DNA of 35,655 nucleotides from the NCBI GenBank assembly GCA_964601845.1, contig CAZROX010000003.1, positions 2,191-37,845 on the forward strand. The letters run 5' to 3'. This document shows, one piece after another, positions 19,522 to 29,306 of this stretch. The position numbers and the translations under genes are program-made. Under the pieces are notes generated by a model. That model was not told the DNA's origin. It ran no database searches and saw only the letters and a list, made by a program, of their open reading frames with translations. How positions within the stretch are numbered: the first letter of the stretch is position 1; each line of letters starts with the position of its first letter. The stretch is from an uncultured Halothiobacillaceae bacterium (lineage in GTDB: Bacteria > Pseudomonadota > Gammaproteobacteria > CAZROX01).

Positions 19522-20276
19522 AAAGTGGATTGCTGCTATTGCTGGCGCTGGCATTTTTAGCTGGTTGTGCGGCGGGTGGTGGTGCCGAACCTGTTTTGAC
19601 CGATAATCAAAAGGCGGCCGATTACAATGCGAGTCTCGGTGAGACCTATATGCGTGGTGGCGATATCAAGGAGGCGCGGGAGAAATTATCCAAAGCCATC
19701 GCACAGGACCCACATAACCCGCGTGCCAATTTTTTCTATGCGATTTTTCTCAATCGCATCGATGACTTTTCAGGGGCGGATAAATACTTCGCCAAGGCAG
19801 TCGCGCTGGACCCAGAAAACATTGAATACAGTAGTACCTATGGTGCCTTTTTATGCGAGCAGGGATTGTTGGATAGAGCCTTGGTGCAGTTTCAGCACGC
19901 GGTGGATAATCCGTACAATGAGACACCGGCTATCTCCCACTGGAATATCGGGAGTTGTGCATTACAGCACGATGATCTAGACACCGCCGAGAAGCATTTT
20001 CGCGCCGCGTTGCGTCTGGATCCCCAATACGGTGAGGCACTGTTGTCGATGTCCGATGTGTTATTGCGGCGGGGCAAGACACAGATTGCATATGCCTATT
20101 ACGAACGCTATCTCCAGTACCAGACTGATCCCGATACGGCCAGTAGTCTTTGGGTCGGCATTCGTATCTACGATGCCATTGGCAGCAAGCGCCGTGCCGA
20201 TATATTAGGCACCCAGCTCAAAGTTAATTTCCCGACCGCCAAAGAGACGCTGTTGTATTTGAACTTGCGACTATAG
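19518..20276 (+). CDS. pilW: Type IV pilus biogenesis/stability TPR lipoprotein PilW (PilF of Pseudomonas)
   Basis: Lipoprotein signal MKSGLLLLLALAFLAGC, followed by TPR repeats; 252 aa. Conserved position after rlmN, with an ATGA overlap onto the rlmN stop. Confidence 0.85.
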   Translation: MKSGLLLLLALAFLAGCAAGGGAEPVLTDNQKAADYNASLGETYMRGGDIKEAREKLSKAIAQDPHNPRANFFYAIFLNRIDDFSGADKYFAKAVALDPENIEYSSTYGAFLCEQGLLDRALVQFQHAVDNPYNETPAISHWNIGSCALQHDDLDTAEKHFRAALRLDPQYGEALLSMSDVLLRRGKTQIAYAYYERYLQYQTDPDTASSLWVGIRIYDAIGSKRRADILGTQLKVNFPTAKETLLYLNLRL

Positions 20277-20302
20277 CGGCTATATCGTCACACGACCACC
20301 GA

Positions 20303-21586
20303 ATGATGAGTAACACCCTCCTAGCCAGCTTGCGCGGGATGCACGATGTGCTGCCCGAGCACATCGGTGCCTGGCATGTGCTCGAGCGCACTTTGCGCCA
20401 TTTGATGTCCGCCTATCAATACGGCGAGATTAGAACACCCATCGTTGAAAAAACGCTGCTGTTTTCGCGCGCAATCGGCATGGAAACAGACATAGTAGAA
20501 AAAGAAATGTATGCGTTTGAAGATCGCAATGGCGATGCGGTCTGTCTGCGTCCAGAAAATACAGCGAGCTGCGCGCGCGCTGGTATTGAGCACGGGCTAT
20601 TTCACAACTGCGTGCCGCGACGGCTGTGGTACAACGGCCCTATGTTTCGCCACGAGCGCCCGCAAAAGGGGCGCTATCGACAGTTTTATCAGGTAGGTGC
20701 TGAGTTTTTTGGCATGGCTGGCCCGCAAGCCGAGGCGGAATTGATTTTTTTGAGTGCGCGTCTATGGCGCCTGCTGGGCATAGATTCGCTGGTGACCCTT
20801 GAGATTAACAGCCTCGGCAGCGCCGAGGAGCGCCGAGATTATCACGCCGCCTTGGTGGCGTATTTGCGCCAACACATCGACGTACTGGATAAGGATAGCC
20901 AACGGCGTCTGGAGACCAATCCGTTGCGCGTGCTCGATAGCAAATGCGCCGCCACACGCGCTTGTCTCAAGGAGGCACCCAAATTGCAGGCGTTTCTCGG
21001 GCGGGATTCCGAGGCACATTTTGCCAGTTTGACGGAGCTGTTGACCCGCCAAGGCATTGAGTATCGGGTGAATCCCTTTTTAGTGCGCGGACTCGATTAC
21101 TACAACCACACTGTATTTGAGTGGGTGACCGATCAGTTGGGCTCCCAGGGTGCAGTCTGTGCCGGTGGGCGCTATGATGGCCTGGTAGAGCAGCTAGGCG
21201 GCAAGCCAACACCGGGTGCAGGTTGGGCAATTGGCATGGAGCGGTTGTTGAGTTTAATGCAGCTCAATGATCCGATCGCCCCCGAGCCACCCTGTGCTTA
21301 TTTGGTGTTGTTGGGTGAGTCTGCAACCACCTATGGCATGCAGTTGGCGGAGTATTTACGTGACAAGTTGCCCACTTTGTCGCTTGTGACCGATATTTCC
21401 GGTACGAGTATCAAAAGTCAGCTCAAGCGGGCCGATACAACTGGCGCCAAGGCGGCTATCATATTGGGTGATGCGGAGATGGAAAATAATAAGCTGATGT
21501 TTAAGCCATTGGATGGCACCGGTGCCCAGCAGCTGTTAAGTCGCGAGGCACTCATTGAGACGCTGTCCAATTTTTTAACAATATAA
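20303..21586 (+). CDS. hisS: Histidine-tRNA ligase
   Basis: RGMHDVLPE, class II motif 2 MFRHERPQKGRYRQFYQ, GGRYDGL. Confidence 0.97.
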   Translation: MMSNTLLASLRGMHDVLPEHIGAWHVLERTLRHLMSAYQYGEIRTPIVEKTLLFSRAIGMETDIVEKEMYAFEDRNGDAVCLRPENTASCARAGIEHGLFHNCVPRRLWYNGPMFRHERPQKGRYRQFYQVGAEFFGMAGPQAEAELIFLSARLWRLLGIDSLVTLEINSLGSAEERRDYHAALVAYLRQHIDVLDKDSQRRLETNPLRVLDSKCAATRACLKEAPKLQAFLGRDSEAHFASLTELLTRQGIEYRVNPFLVRGLDYYNHTVFEWVTDQLGSQGAVCAGGRYDGLVEQLGGKPTPGAGWAIGMERLLSLMQLNDPIAPEPPCAYLVLLGESATTYGMQLAEYLRDKLPTLSLVTDISGTSIKSQLKRADTTGAKAAIILGDAEMENNKLMFKPLDGTGAQQLLSREALIETLSNFLTI

Positions 21587-21601
21587 TTACAGGATAAGGC
21601 T

Positions 21602-22216
21602 GTGGCAGATCAAGAATCAATCGACCAACTAAAAATTATTTGGGCAAAGTACGGCGTGCTGCTCGTCGCCGGTGTCCTAGGCGGTGCGCTGCTGATTGCT
21701 GGATGGCAGTATTGGCAGTACGGACAACGGCAAGCTGCCGAGCAAAATGCAACGCATTACAATAGCTACCTCAATGCCGTTGCCAACAACGATACCGAAA
21801 CAGCGCAGCGCCATTTAGACGCACTCAAGGCAGATGCGCCCGGCTCATCCTACGCTGTGATAGCGGCCATGTCGAGTGCGGCCGTTTCGGTGTCCAACGG
21901 CGATCTGATCGATGCCGAGCAGCAGTTGCGCTGGGCGATTGATACCAAGATCGACACACTGAAGGCCCTTGCCAGCTTCCGTTTGGCACGTATTTTGTAC
22001 GCGCAAGGGCGCTATCCAGATGCACTCAGTCAGCTGTCGGGTTATTTTCCGGAGTCGTATCAGTCATTAATCGCCGAGCTTAGAGGCGATATTTTTTATG
22101 CTCAGGGCGATTCGGCGGCTGCAAAAGATGCCTATGAGCAGGCCAAAGAGCTACAGTCAAACGTAGACCAAAACCATTTGCAGATTAAGTTAGATGATTT
22201 ATCCTCTGGTCAGTAG
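21602..22216 (+). CDS. YfgM-like TPR membrane protein (UPF0070; ancillary SecYEG translocon subunit family)
   Basis: GTG start, one N-terminal TM segment (YGVLLVAGVLGGALLIAGW), then a TPR-like periplasmic domain. Conserved hisS-yfgM-bamB position. Confidence 0.8.
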   Translation: MADQESIDQLKIIWAKYGVLLVAGVLGGALLIAGWQYWQYGQRQAAEQNATHYNSYLNAVANNDTETAQRHLDALKADAPGSSYAVIAAMSSAAVSVSNGDLIDAEQQLRWAIDTKIDTLKALASFRLARILYAQGRYPDALSQLSGYFPESYQSLIAELRGDIFYAQGDSAAAKDAYEQAKELQSNVDQNHLQIKLDDLSSGQ

Positions 22217-23342
22217 GCGGGTTTGTCTGTGTTTGGTCGCACTGCTGCTAGGGGGCTGTGCGACAGGGCCGGTTAAGCCGCCGCCCACCGAGCTGCAATC
22301 AGGTGTGATGACGCAGCACACCGAGCGCATCTGGCAGCGCCCGCTCTCTGCGGATGCTGGGCATTATTTGTCGCCTGTCATCGAATCCGATAATCTTTTT
22401 CTCGTCTCTTCCACCGGGCAGGTGACCTTGCACACCTTGCAAAGTGCGATGGTCAAATGGCAAGTTGATTTGGGGGAAGATGTGTACGCGGACCCCGCGC
22501 TCGATGACCAGAGCCTATATGTCGGCACAGCCGAGGGCGAGCTGTTGGCACTGAGCCGAGACGATGGCAGCATTCGCTGGCAGAGCACGATGAGCAGCGA
22601 GATAATCGCGCAGCCTGTGTTGTATAGCGACAAGGTCATCGTGCGCAGTATCGATGGTGTGGTTGCCGCCTTTGACACCCGTAACGGCCAGTTACTGTGG
22701 GGCTATCGGCACGGGGTGCCCTCGCTCACTGTGCGCGGCAATAGCTCGGTGGTGATAGACCCAGATAACCACTTGGCACTCATCGGCACAGACAGCGGCA
22801 AACTCTTGGTGTTGGATGCCGACTCCGGCAATTTTTTGTGGGATCACTCGCTGATAGTCAGTAGTGGGCGCTTCGCTGTCGAGCGTCTGAGCGATATCGA
22901 TCAGTGTCTATTTTTGCACGATGGCTCCCTGAATCTCTGTATTTTTCCAGATCAATTTGTCAGCTTTAATCTCGCCGAACGCGTGGTGCGCTGGTCTGTG
23001 CCCACCCCGATTGTCATCGGGTCTGGGCGCGCGCAAGATAACTACCTGGTGGGCGTCGATGGCGAGCTGATGGCAGTTGACGATGCCGGCGCCGTGCGCT
23101 GGCAAAACGATGCCCTGCTGTATCGCGAGCTGACAGCACCGGTTGTGCTGGAGGAGGCAGGCTTGATCGCCGTGGGCGATCTAGGCGGCTACGTCCATCT
23201 GCTCGATAGTGAGAGCGGTGACGTGCATTCGCGATTTAGACTGCAGCACAGTCCGGTCATCTCACTGCACCTCTACAGCGAAGGGCTGTTGGTGCAGCAC
23301 GATAAAGGGCAGCTATTTGCGCTAAAACTGATCGATAATTGA
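22194..23342 (+). CDS. bamB: Outer membrane protein assembly factor BamB (PQQ-like beta-propeller lipoprotein)
   Basis: Lipobox LLLGGC, with repeated ...G.L.A.D...G...W motifs. Overlaps yfgM by 23 nt. Confidence 0.9.
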   Translation: MIYPLVSRRVCLCLVALLLGGCATGPVKPPPTELQSGVMTQHTERIWQRPLSADAGHYLSPVIESDNLFLVSSTGQVTLHTLQSAMVKWQVDLGEDVYADPALDDQSLYVGTAEGELLALSRDDGSIRWQSTMSSEIIAQPVLYSDKVIVRSIDGVVAAFDTRNGQLLWGYRHGVPSLTVRGNSSVVIDPDNHLALIGTDSGKLLVLDADSGNFLWDHSLIVSSGRFAVERLSDIDQCLFLHDGSLNLCIFPDQFVSFNLAERVVRWSVPTPIVIGSGRAQDNYLVGVDGELMAVDDAGAVRWQNDALLYRELTAPVVLEEAGLIAVGDLGGYVHLLDSESGDVHSRFRLQHSPVISLHLYSEGLLVQHDKGQLFALKLIDN

Positions 23343-23354
23343 TCGGCACGCGTC

Positions 23355-24476
23355 TCAGAGCACGACCAAGTTACTGCGGTCGATCAGCTCTGGCTCGTGA
23401 AAATAGCCCAAGATATTGCTAATCTCCTCACTGTTTTTGCCCTGTATTTTTTTGATATCGTCCGATGCGTAGTTGGTGAGTCCACGCGCGATAGGCGTGT
23501 TCGCATCATCTTGGCAGATCACCAGATCACCGCGCTGAAAATGCCCCGCGACAGCGGTCACCCCGATGCTCAGTAGGCTTGAGCTATGTTGTTGGAGCAC
23601 TCGACAGGCGCCCCGATCTAGCGTGAGGGTACCCTTGGCGGTGAGTTGGTTGGCCAGCCACTGCTTGCGTGCGACCAGGGGCGGACGATTGGCGACCAGC
23701 AGGGTGCCCATTTGTTCGCCTGCGCGCAGGGCGTCAAAAATATTGGGTGTGTGGCCCGCTGCAATCAGCGTATTGGTGCCCGAGCGCGCGGCAAATTTAG
23801 CGGCTTGTAATTTTGTGTGCATGCCACCGCTGCCAAGGCGCCCCTTGCTGTTACCGGCCATATTTAGCAGCGCAGGATCGCCAGCTTGAGCGAGCGGGAT
23901 CAGCTTGGCATCGCGATGGGTGCGCGGGTCCTTGTCAAACAATCCGGCTTGATCGGTCAGAATAACGAGCATATCGGCACCGATCAGATTGGCCACCAGT
24001 GCTGCTAGGGTATCGTTGTCTCCAAGTTTTATCTCATCGGTGGCGATGGTGTCATTTTCATTGATGATGGGAATGATCTTGAGCTTCAGGAGCGCTTGCA
24101 GCGTGTAGCGTGCGTTTAGATAGCGCTGCCGATCGCGCAGGTCATCGTTGGTCAATAGGCATTGTGCCGTATTAATTTGGTGCTGCTGGAAAGTGGACTC
24201 GTAGGCCTGAATCAGCCGCATCTGCCCAATGGCGGCGGCGGCGCGCACCTGGTGAATATCTTTTGGGCGTTGTCGCCAGTTGAGTTGGCTGATTCCAGCT
24301 GCAATGGCGCCGGATGAGACCAGCACCAGCTCACAGCCCGCGCGCTGCATGGTCGCCAATTGTGCCGCCCAGTGCGAGAGCAGTGTCTGATTGAGCCCGC
24401 TCCCATCATTGGTGATAACCGAGCTGCCAATCTTGATGACCCAGCAGCGCTGCTTTGTGATATCAATTGGTTGCAT
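23355..24476 (-). CDS. proB: Glutamate 5-kinase with C-terminal PUA domain
   Basis: VIKIGSSVIT, LVSSGAIAAG, and a PUA-like C-terminus (GDLVICQD...IARGLTNY). The start is taken as ATG 24476 (MQPIDITK), with ATG 24488 also possible. The track start at 24596 would overlap obg by 134 nt. Confidence 0.9.
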   Translation of the reverse strand: MQPIDITKQRCWVIKIGSSVITNDGSGLNQTLLSHWAAQLATMQRAGCELVLVSSGAIAAGISQLNWRQRPKDIHQVRAAAAIGQMRLIQAYESTFQQHQINTAQCLLTNDDLRDRQRYLNARYTLQALLKLKIIPIINENDTIATDEIKLGDNDTLAALVANLIGADMLVILTDQAGLFDKDPRTHRDAKLIPLAQAGDPALLNMAGNSKGRLGSGGMHTKLQAAKFAARSGTNTLIAAGHTPNIFDALRAGEQMGTLLVANRPPLVARKQWLANQLTAKGTLTLDRGACRVLQQHSSSLLSIGVTAVAGHFQRGDLVICQDDANTPIARGLTNYASDDIKKIQGKNSEEISNILGYFHEPELIDRSNLVVL

Positions 24477-25515
24477 CGTATGGCTCATCGGGCACGAGTT
24501 GTGTTTGCGCCTGCTGCTCCAGCCAGTGCATGATGTCATTGCAGAGATTATCCAGCCCATGTTTGGTGGCAGTGGACACCCGATACTGTGGCCCATCCCA
24601 GTTCAGCCCGTGCAAGATGGTATCGCAGTGTTGATCCAGCTGAGTGGGGTCCATCAGATCTATTTTATTAAATACAATCCAGCGCGGCTTATCGGCCAGC
24701 GCTTGGTCAAACTGTGAGAGTTCATTGAGTAGGCTTTGGTTGATGGTGGCGAGGTCTTCATCGGCTGTCGATGCGATGTCGATCATATGCAGCAGCAAGC
24801 GCGTGCGCGATAGATGGCGCAAAAAGTCGATGCCAAGCCCACGCCCCCCAGCTGCCCCCTCGACCAGACCGGGGATATCTGCTATGACAAAATTACGATA
24901 ACTGTCCACCTTGACCACCCCTAAACTTGGGTGCAAGGTCGTAAAAGGGTAGTCCGATACCTTCGTTTTTGAGGAGGAAACAGTCGATACCAGCGAGGAT
25001 TTGCCGACATTGGGATAACCCAGCACCCCGACATCGGCCAATAGATTTAACTCGAGGCGAAAAGATCTATCCTCGCCCAGCTTGCCCGGTTTTATCTTGC
25101 GCGGCGTGCGATTGGTCGAGCTTTTATAGCGTATATTGCCCAAGCCATGCACGCCACCTTGTGCGATTAGCATGCGTTGATCGGGGCTGACCAAGTCGCC
25201 CACTAGCGTGTCATCTTCTAGGTCGTATATCGAGGTGCCGAGTGGTACAGGCACAACCACATCGGCGCCCATCAAACCGGTACGGTTTCTGCCACTGCCG
25301 TTTTTGCCGTTGCCTGCCCGAAACAGGCGGTTGGTTCTAAGGTGCATCAGGGTATTTAAATCTGGGTCGGGTTGTAGATAAACGCTGCCACCATCGCCAC
25401 CATCGCCGCCATCTGGCCCGCCATGTGGCACAAATTTTTCGCGCCGAAAGCTGAGGCAGCCATCGCCACCTCGCCCACCAATGGCGCGAATATCTACCTG
25501 ATCTACAAACTTCAT
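24463..25515 (-). CDS. obgE: GTPase ObgE/CgtA
   Basis: MKFVDQV.I...GG.GGDG..SFRREKF.P.GGPDGGDGG.GGSV (Obg fold), G1 GYPNVGKSS, G3 DIPGLVEGA, NKIDL. Confidence 0.96.
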   Translation of the reverse strand: MKFVDQVDIRAIGGRGGDGCLSFRREKFVPHGGPDGGDGGDGGSVYLQPDPDLNTLMHLRTNRLFRAGNGKNGSGRNRTGLMGADVVVPVPLGTSIYDLEDDTLVGDLVSPDQRMLIAQGGVHGLGNIRYKSSTNRTPRKIKPGKLGEDRSFRLELNLLADVGVLGYPNVGKSSLVSTVSSSKTKVSDYPFTTLHPSLGVVKVDSYRNFVIADIPGLVEGAAGGRGLGIDFLRHLSRTRLLLHMIDIASTADEDLATINQSLLNELSQFDQALADKPRWIVFNKIDLMDPTQLDQHCDTILHGLNWDGPQYRVSTATKHGLDNLCNDIMHWLEQQAQTQLVPDEPYDATN

Positions 25516-25612
25516 AAGCTGTCTATTAAAACCGTTGGTACTCTATAATAGGATTTGACACACCGGCGGCCCGAAAGTCTCAGTCGCCACTGCACACGCT
25601 ATTTTATATTCT

Positions 25613-26503
25613 ATGGATTATCTCAACTTTCTCTCGCTCCACCCGGAGCTCATGCTACCTATTATTTTTTTGCTCGGCTTAGTTGTGGGCAGTTTTTTGA
25701 ATGTTGTGATCTGCCGACTGCCCGTTATGCTGGAGCGAAAATGGCATCTGGAGTGTCAAGCTTTGGCAGAGCCGGATCTGGCATTGGATGCGCAAGCGAA
25801 GGATGCGCAGCCGATGTACAATTTGATGCTGCCTCGCTCGCACTGCCCAAAATGTAAAAAAAATATTCCGATCTATCACAATATTCCACTGATTAGCTGG
25901 TTGGTCTTACGCGGCCGTTGTGCGTTTTGCCAAGCGCCAATCTCTATTCAGTACCCTGCTGTCGAGTTGGTCACCGCCCTTATGAGTGTGGCTATTTTTG
26001 CATATTTTGGCGCCACTTATCAGGGGTGCGCAGCCTTGGTGCTGACCTGGTCGCTGATCGCCCTCAGCGTGATCGATTTTAAAACATTTTTATTGCCAGA
26101 TGATATCACGATGCCCTTGATGTGGCTCGGTATCTTACTGGGCATTTACGGCGTGTTCACCGATCTGGAATCATCTGTCATCGGTGCAATGGCAGGGTAT
26201 TTGTTTTTTTGGGGGGTCTATCAGCTGTTTTTTCTGCTGACGGGCAAGCAGGCCATGGGCTATGGGGATTTTAAGTTGCTGGCCGCTTTGGGTGCATGGC
26301 TCGGGTGGCAGCAACTGTTATTTATTGTTCTGTGTGCGTCTGCACTGGGTAGTCTGGTGGGGCTGAGTCTCATCATCTTTTTTGGGCGCAATAAAAATGC
26401 CCCTATGCCATTTGGGCCATATTTGGCAATGGCAGGCTGGCTAGCGTTGTTTTTTGGCGGCTCAATAAAAATGTATTATTTCGATCAAATTTTAATCAGC
26501 TAA
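25613..26503 (+). CDS. pilD: Prepilin peptidase / N-methyltransferase (A24 family)
   Basis: GSFLNVVICRLP, Cys pairs CPKC...CAFC, catalytic region GYGDFKLLAALGAWLGWQ. Confidence 0.93.
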   Translation: MDYLNFLSLHPELMLPIIFLLGLVVGSFLNVVICRLPVMLERKWHLECQALAEPDLALDAQAKDAQPMYNLMLPRSHCPKCKKNIPIYHNIPLISWLVLRGRCAFCQAPISIQYPAVELVTALMSVAIFAYFGATYQGCAALVLTWSLIALSVIDFKTFLLPDDITMPLMWLGILLGIYGVFTDLESSVIGAMAGYLFFWGVYQLFFLLTGKQAMGYGDFKLLAALGAWLGWQQLLFIVLCASALGSLVGLSLIIFFGRNKNAPMPFGPYLAMAGWLALFFGGSIKMYYFDQILIS

Positions 26504-27502
26504 GCGTATTTTCTTAAGAGATTGTTCCAAGGCGCGGTAAAAATCTTCGTTTTGCCACTGTAGATTAACCGACAAATACCAGGCATTTTTTAGCCCTAAA
26601 TGGCCACATTTCACCGCATCTTTCTCCGTCATAATGATGGGATGCTGGGTGTCAAACATAAAGTCTGATTGCACAAAATGATGATGATCGACAAACGGAT
26701 GCTCAATGATGTGCAATCCATGCTCGCGCAACAGATTAAAAAATAATGCGGGATTGCCGATGCCGGCCACCGCGTGCACCGTGACCCCTTGCAAACTTTT
26801 CAATGTGGTGGTTTTTTTCACATCATCCAGTGCAATTAGCTTATCTGCAGCGAGTTCGAAGCTGTGCTTAAATGCATCGCTGTCGCCTTTGCAAACCACA
26901 AAATCGACTGTCTTGAGCCGGTGCAACGACTCTCTGAGAGGGCCTGCCGGCAGGCAGAGACGGTTGCCAAATAACCGCTGCGCATCAATGCAGATGATGC
27001 CAATATCATGTGCCAGTGGGTAATGCTGTAGGCCATCATCACTGATAATAATATTGCAATCCCCGCGTGCCTCGATGGCCTGTACGGCGCGCGATCTTTT
27101 TTTACAGATAACGATCGGACAATCGGTGCGCCCTCTCATCATGGCGGCCTCATCGCCGACTAGACTGGCACAGTGATCGGGTGTGACAAACAGCGGTAGC
27201 TGATGATTGGCCCCATAGCCACGGCTGATGATCGCAGGTTTATAATTGCTCTGCGCCAATCGGTTCGCTAACCAGATTGTTAAAGGGGATTTTCCGGTAC
27301 CCCCCACAGTAATATTGCCGACCACCACGATCGGTATTTTTGCATGATAGGCATGCAAAATATTGTGACGATACAAGTTGTAACGGATAAAAATAAGTGC
27401 GCTATAGAGGAGCGACAGTGGCCACAGACAGATGCTAATGGGCGTGATTTTTGCCCAGTGGTACTGTATAAAATGGTTGAGTCGGTAGCGGTAAGTTTGC
27501 AA
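26492..27502 (-). CDS. lpxK: Tetraacyldisaccharide 4'-kinase
   Basis: P-loop VVVGNITVGGTGKSP. TTG start 5 nt after the msbA stop, with no in-frame ATG nearby. The 3' end overlaps the convergent pilD by 12 nt. Confidence 0.9.
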   Translation of the reverse strand: MQTYRYRLNHFIQYHWAKITPISICLWPLSLLYSALIFIRYNLYRHNILHAYHAKIPIVVVGNITVGGTGKSPLTIWLANRLAQSNYKPAIISRGYGANHQLPLFVTPDHCASLVGDEAAMMRGRTDCPIVICKKRSRAVQAIEARGDCNIIISDDGLQHYPLAHDIGIICIDAQRLFGNRLCLPAGPLRESLHRLKTVDFVVCKGDSDAFKHSFELAADKLIALDDVKKTTTLKSLQGVTVHAVAGIGNPALFFNLLREHGLHIIEHPFVDHHHFVQSDFMFDTQHPIIMTEKDAVKCGHLGLKNAWYLSVNLQWQNEDFYRALEQSLKKIRLAD

Positions 27503-27507
27503 GAATT

Positions 27508-29292
27508 TTAGGCGAATTGAATTTTGTAAAGCGCAGCGTAATAGGAGTCTTGTTGTATCAGCTGCGCGTGTGTTCCCTGTTCTACAATTTTCCCCTGATG
27601 CAGCACAATAATATTATCGGCATTTTTTATGGTCGATATACGATGTGCAATAACCAGTGTGGTGCGGTTTTTTAGTAGTTTCTGTAGGCTGTTTTGGATG
27701 ATTTTTTCTGATTTTGAGTCGAGTGATGCAGTCGCCTCATCTAAAATCATAATCGGCGTGTCGTGCAAAAAAGCCCTGCAAACAGAGAGTCTCTGGCGTT
27801 GGCCACCAGATAGCAACAGCCCATTATTGCCAATATGCGTGTCGTATCCTTGGGGCAACTGCTCTATAAACTCGTGCAGATTAACCGCTTGGGCGGCTTG
27901 TTTTATCTGCTCTAAACTGGCATGGGTGCCATAGGCGATATTGTTGGCAACGCTGTCGGAGAACAAGGTGATATGTTGTCCGACATAGATGATGTTGCTG
28001 CGTAAGCTCGCTAAACTCATCTCGTTGATGTCGACCCCATCGATGCTAATGCTGCCACTATTGTGTGATGCATTCAAAGTATACATGCGTGTCAACAGAT
28101 TGGCCAAGGTGGTTTTGCCACTGCCAGATGCGCCAACTAGCGCCGTTGTCGTGCCCACTGGCATAGAAAAAGAGATCCCCTCAAGCACCTGTGAGCTTGT
28201 CTCGCTATAGGCATAATTGATTTGATTAAATGCAATTTCTTTTTTTATGTTGGTTAGTTTTATATTGCTCTTGTCCGATTCGAGTGTCTGCTCGCTGTCC
28301 AAAAAGCCAAATATTTCCTGTGCGGCGGCTATACTAGTTTGTATGCTGCCATTGACCATGGCCAATTGGCGCAATGAGGGGATGCATAGCATTAAAGCGG
28401 TAATAAACGATGTGAATTGCCCCGCTGTAATACCGGCACTTGGGCCGTGTGACAAAAAGTAAGTCATGATGGAGCTGGCAAATAAAATAAAAATGATTTG
28501 TATAAAAGCACTGTTTTGGGCTTTGTTTTTGTCTACTTTAAATCCCAGCGCACGCTGGGATTCATTGCTTTTATTAAATCGCTCACGCTCGTGCTCTTGA
28601 TTGTTATATATTTTTATATCGCGCTGGTTGTCGATACACTCTTTAATAATATGGTTGATGCTGCCGGCGGCTTGTTGTATCTGCATGCCAATGAGACGGA
28701 ATTTGTGGTTGATCGAGTAGACCAACATAATGGCGATAGGCCCGATAACAAAAAACCCCAATGAGAATTGCCAAGAGTAGTACACCATGACACCTAGCAA
28801 GCACAGTACCGTGATGCTGTCGCGCACCACAATAATGACCGAGCTGCTCACCGTGTGGGCGAGTTGATCGGTGTTGTAGGTAATCAGCGATATGAGACTG
28901 CCACTTGAGCGCTGGTCGTATTCGATGGCCGCCATATACACGTAGCGATCGAATAGCTGTTCGCGCAATAGGGCGACCACCTGCCTGCCGATAAAGCTGA
29001 TGTAATAGATCGCGATATAGTTACCGAGTATGCGGATAAAAAAAGCTAAAAAAACGGCAATAGGGATTAACAGAAAATCGACAGCAGCCAGCGCTGTTGG
29101 CACGTATTGCTCAAAGCTGGTATCGCCGCTGTACTCGCCGACTAACAGCCCCATCATGCTAGCTGTGACGGCACTGAACAAGCCGTGCAATACCATGCCA
29201 ATTAGGGCGATGGCAAAATGTTTACGATACGGTTTGGTGTAGCTCAGGATGCGCCAATAGGTAGCGGTCCCAGATTGCACAGGCAAGCTCAA
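27508..29292 (-). CDS. msbA: Lipid A export ABC transporter (permease/ATPase) MsbA
   Basis: Six-TM N-terminal half, Walker A GASGSGKTT, signature LSGGQRQR, Walker B MILDEATS. TTG start with AGGA 5 nt upstream. Conserved msbA-lpxK pairing. Confidence 0.9.
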   Translation of the reverse strand: MSLPVQSGTATYWRILSYTKPYRKHFAIALIGMVLHGLFSAVTASMMGLLVGEYSGDTSFEQYVPTALAAVDFLLIPIAVFLAFFIRILGNYIAIYYISFIGRQVVALLREQLFDRYVYMAAIEYDQRSSGSLISLITYNTDQLAHTVSSSVIIVVRDSITVLCLLGVMVYYSWQFSLGFFVIGPIAIMLVYSINHKFRLIGMQIQQAAGSINHIIKECIDNQRDIKIYNNQEHERERFNKSNESQRALGFKVDKNKAQNSAFIQIIFILFASSIMTYFLSHGPSAGITAGQFTSFITALMLCIPSLRQLAMVNGSIQTSIAAAQEIFGFLDSEQTLESDKSNIKLTNIKKEIAFNQINYAYSETSSQVLEGISFSMPVGTTTALVGASGSGKTTLANLLTRMYTLNASHNSGSISIDGVDINEMSLASLRSNIIYVGQHITLFSDSVANNIAYGTHASLEQIKQAAQAVNLHEFIEQLPQGYDTHIGNNGLLLSGGQRQRLSVCRAFLHDTPIMILDEATASLDSKSEKIIQNSLQKLLKNRTTLVIAHRISTIKNADNIIVLHQGKIVEQGTHAQLIQQDSYYAALYKIQFA

Positions 29293-29306
29293 TGTATTCC
29301 TACAAC

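Noticed and set aside
24477-24596. N-terminal 40-aa extension of the proB ORF, and the similar extensions of fdh alpha (5419-5514), lolC/E (34826-34888), iscR (12443-12463), ETF-QO (9152-9166) and rlmN (18394-18414).
   Set aside because: The extensions overlap the preceding gene or lack homology to the family N-terminus. Internal ATGs reproduce the canonical N-termini.
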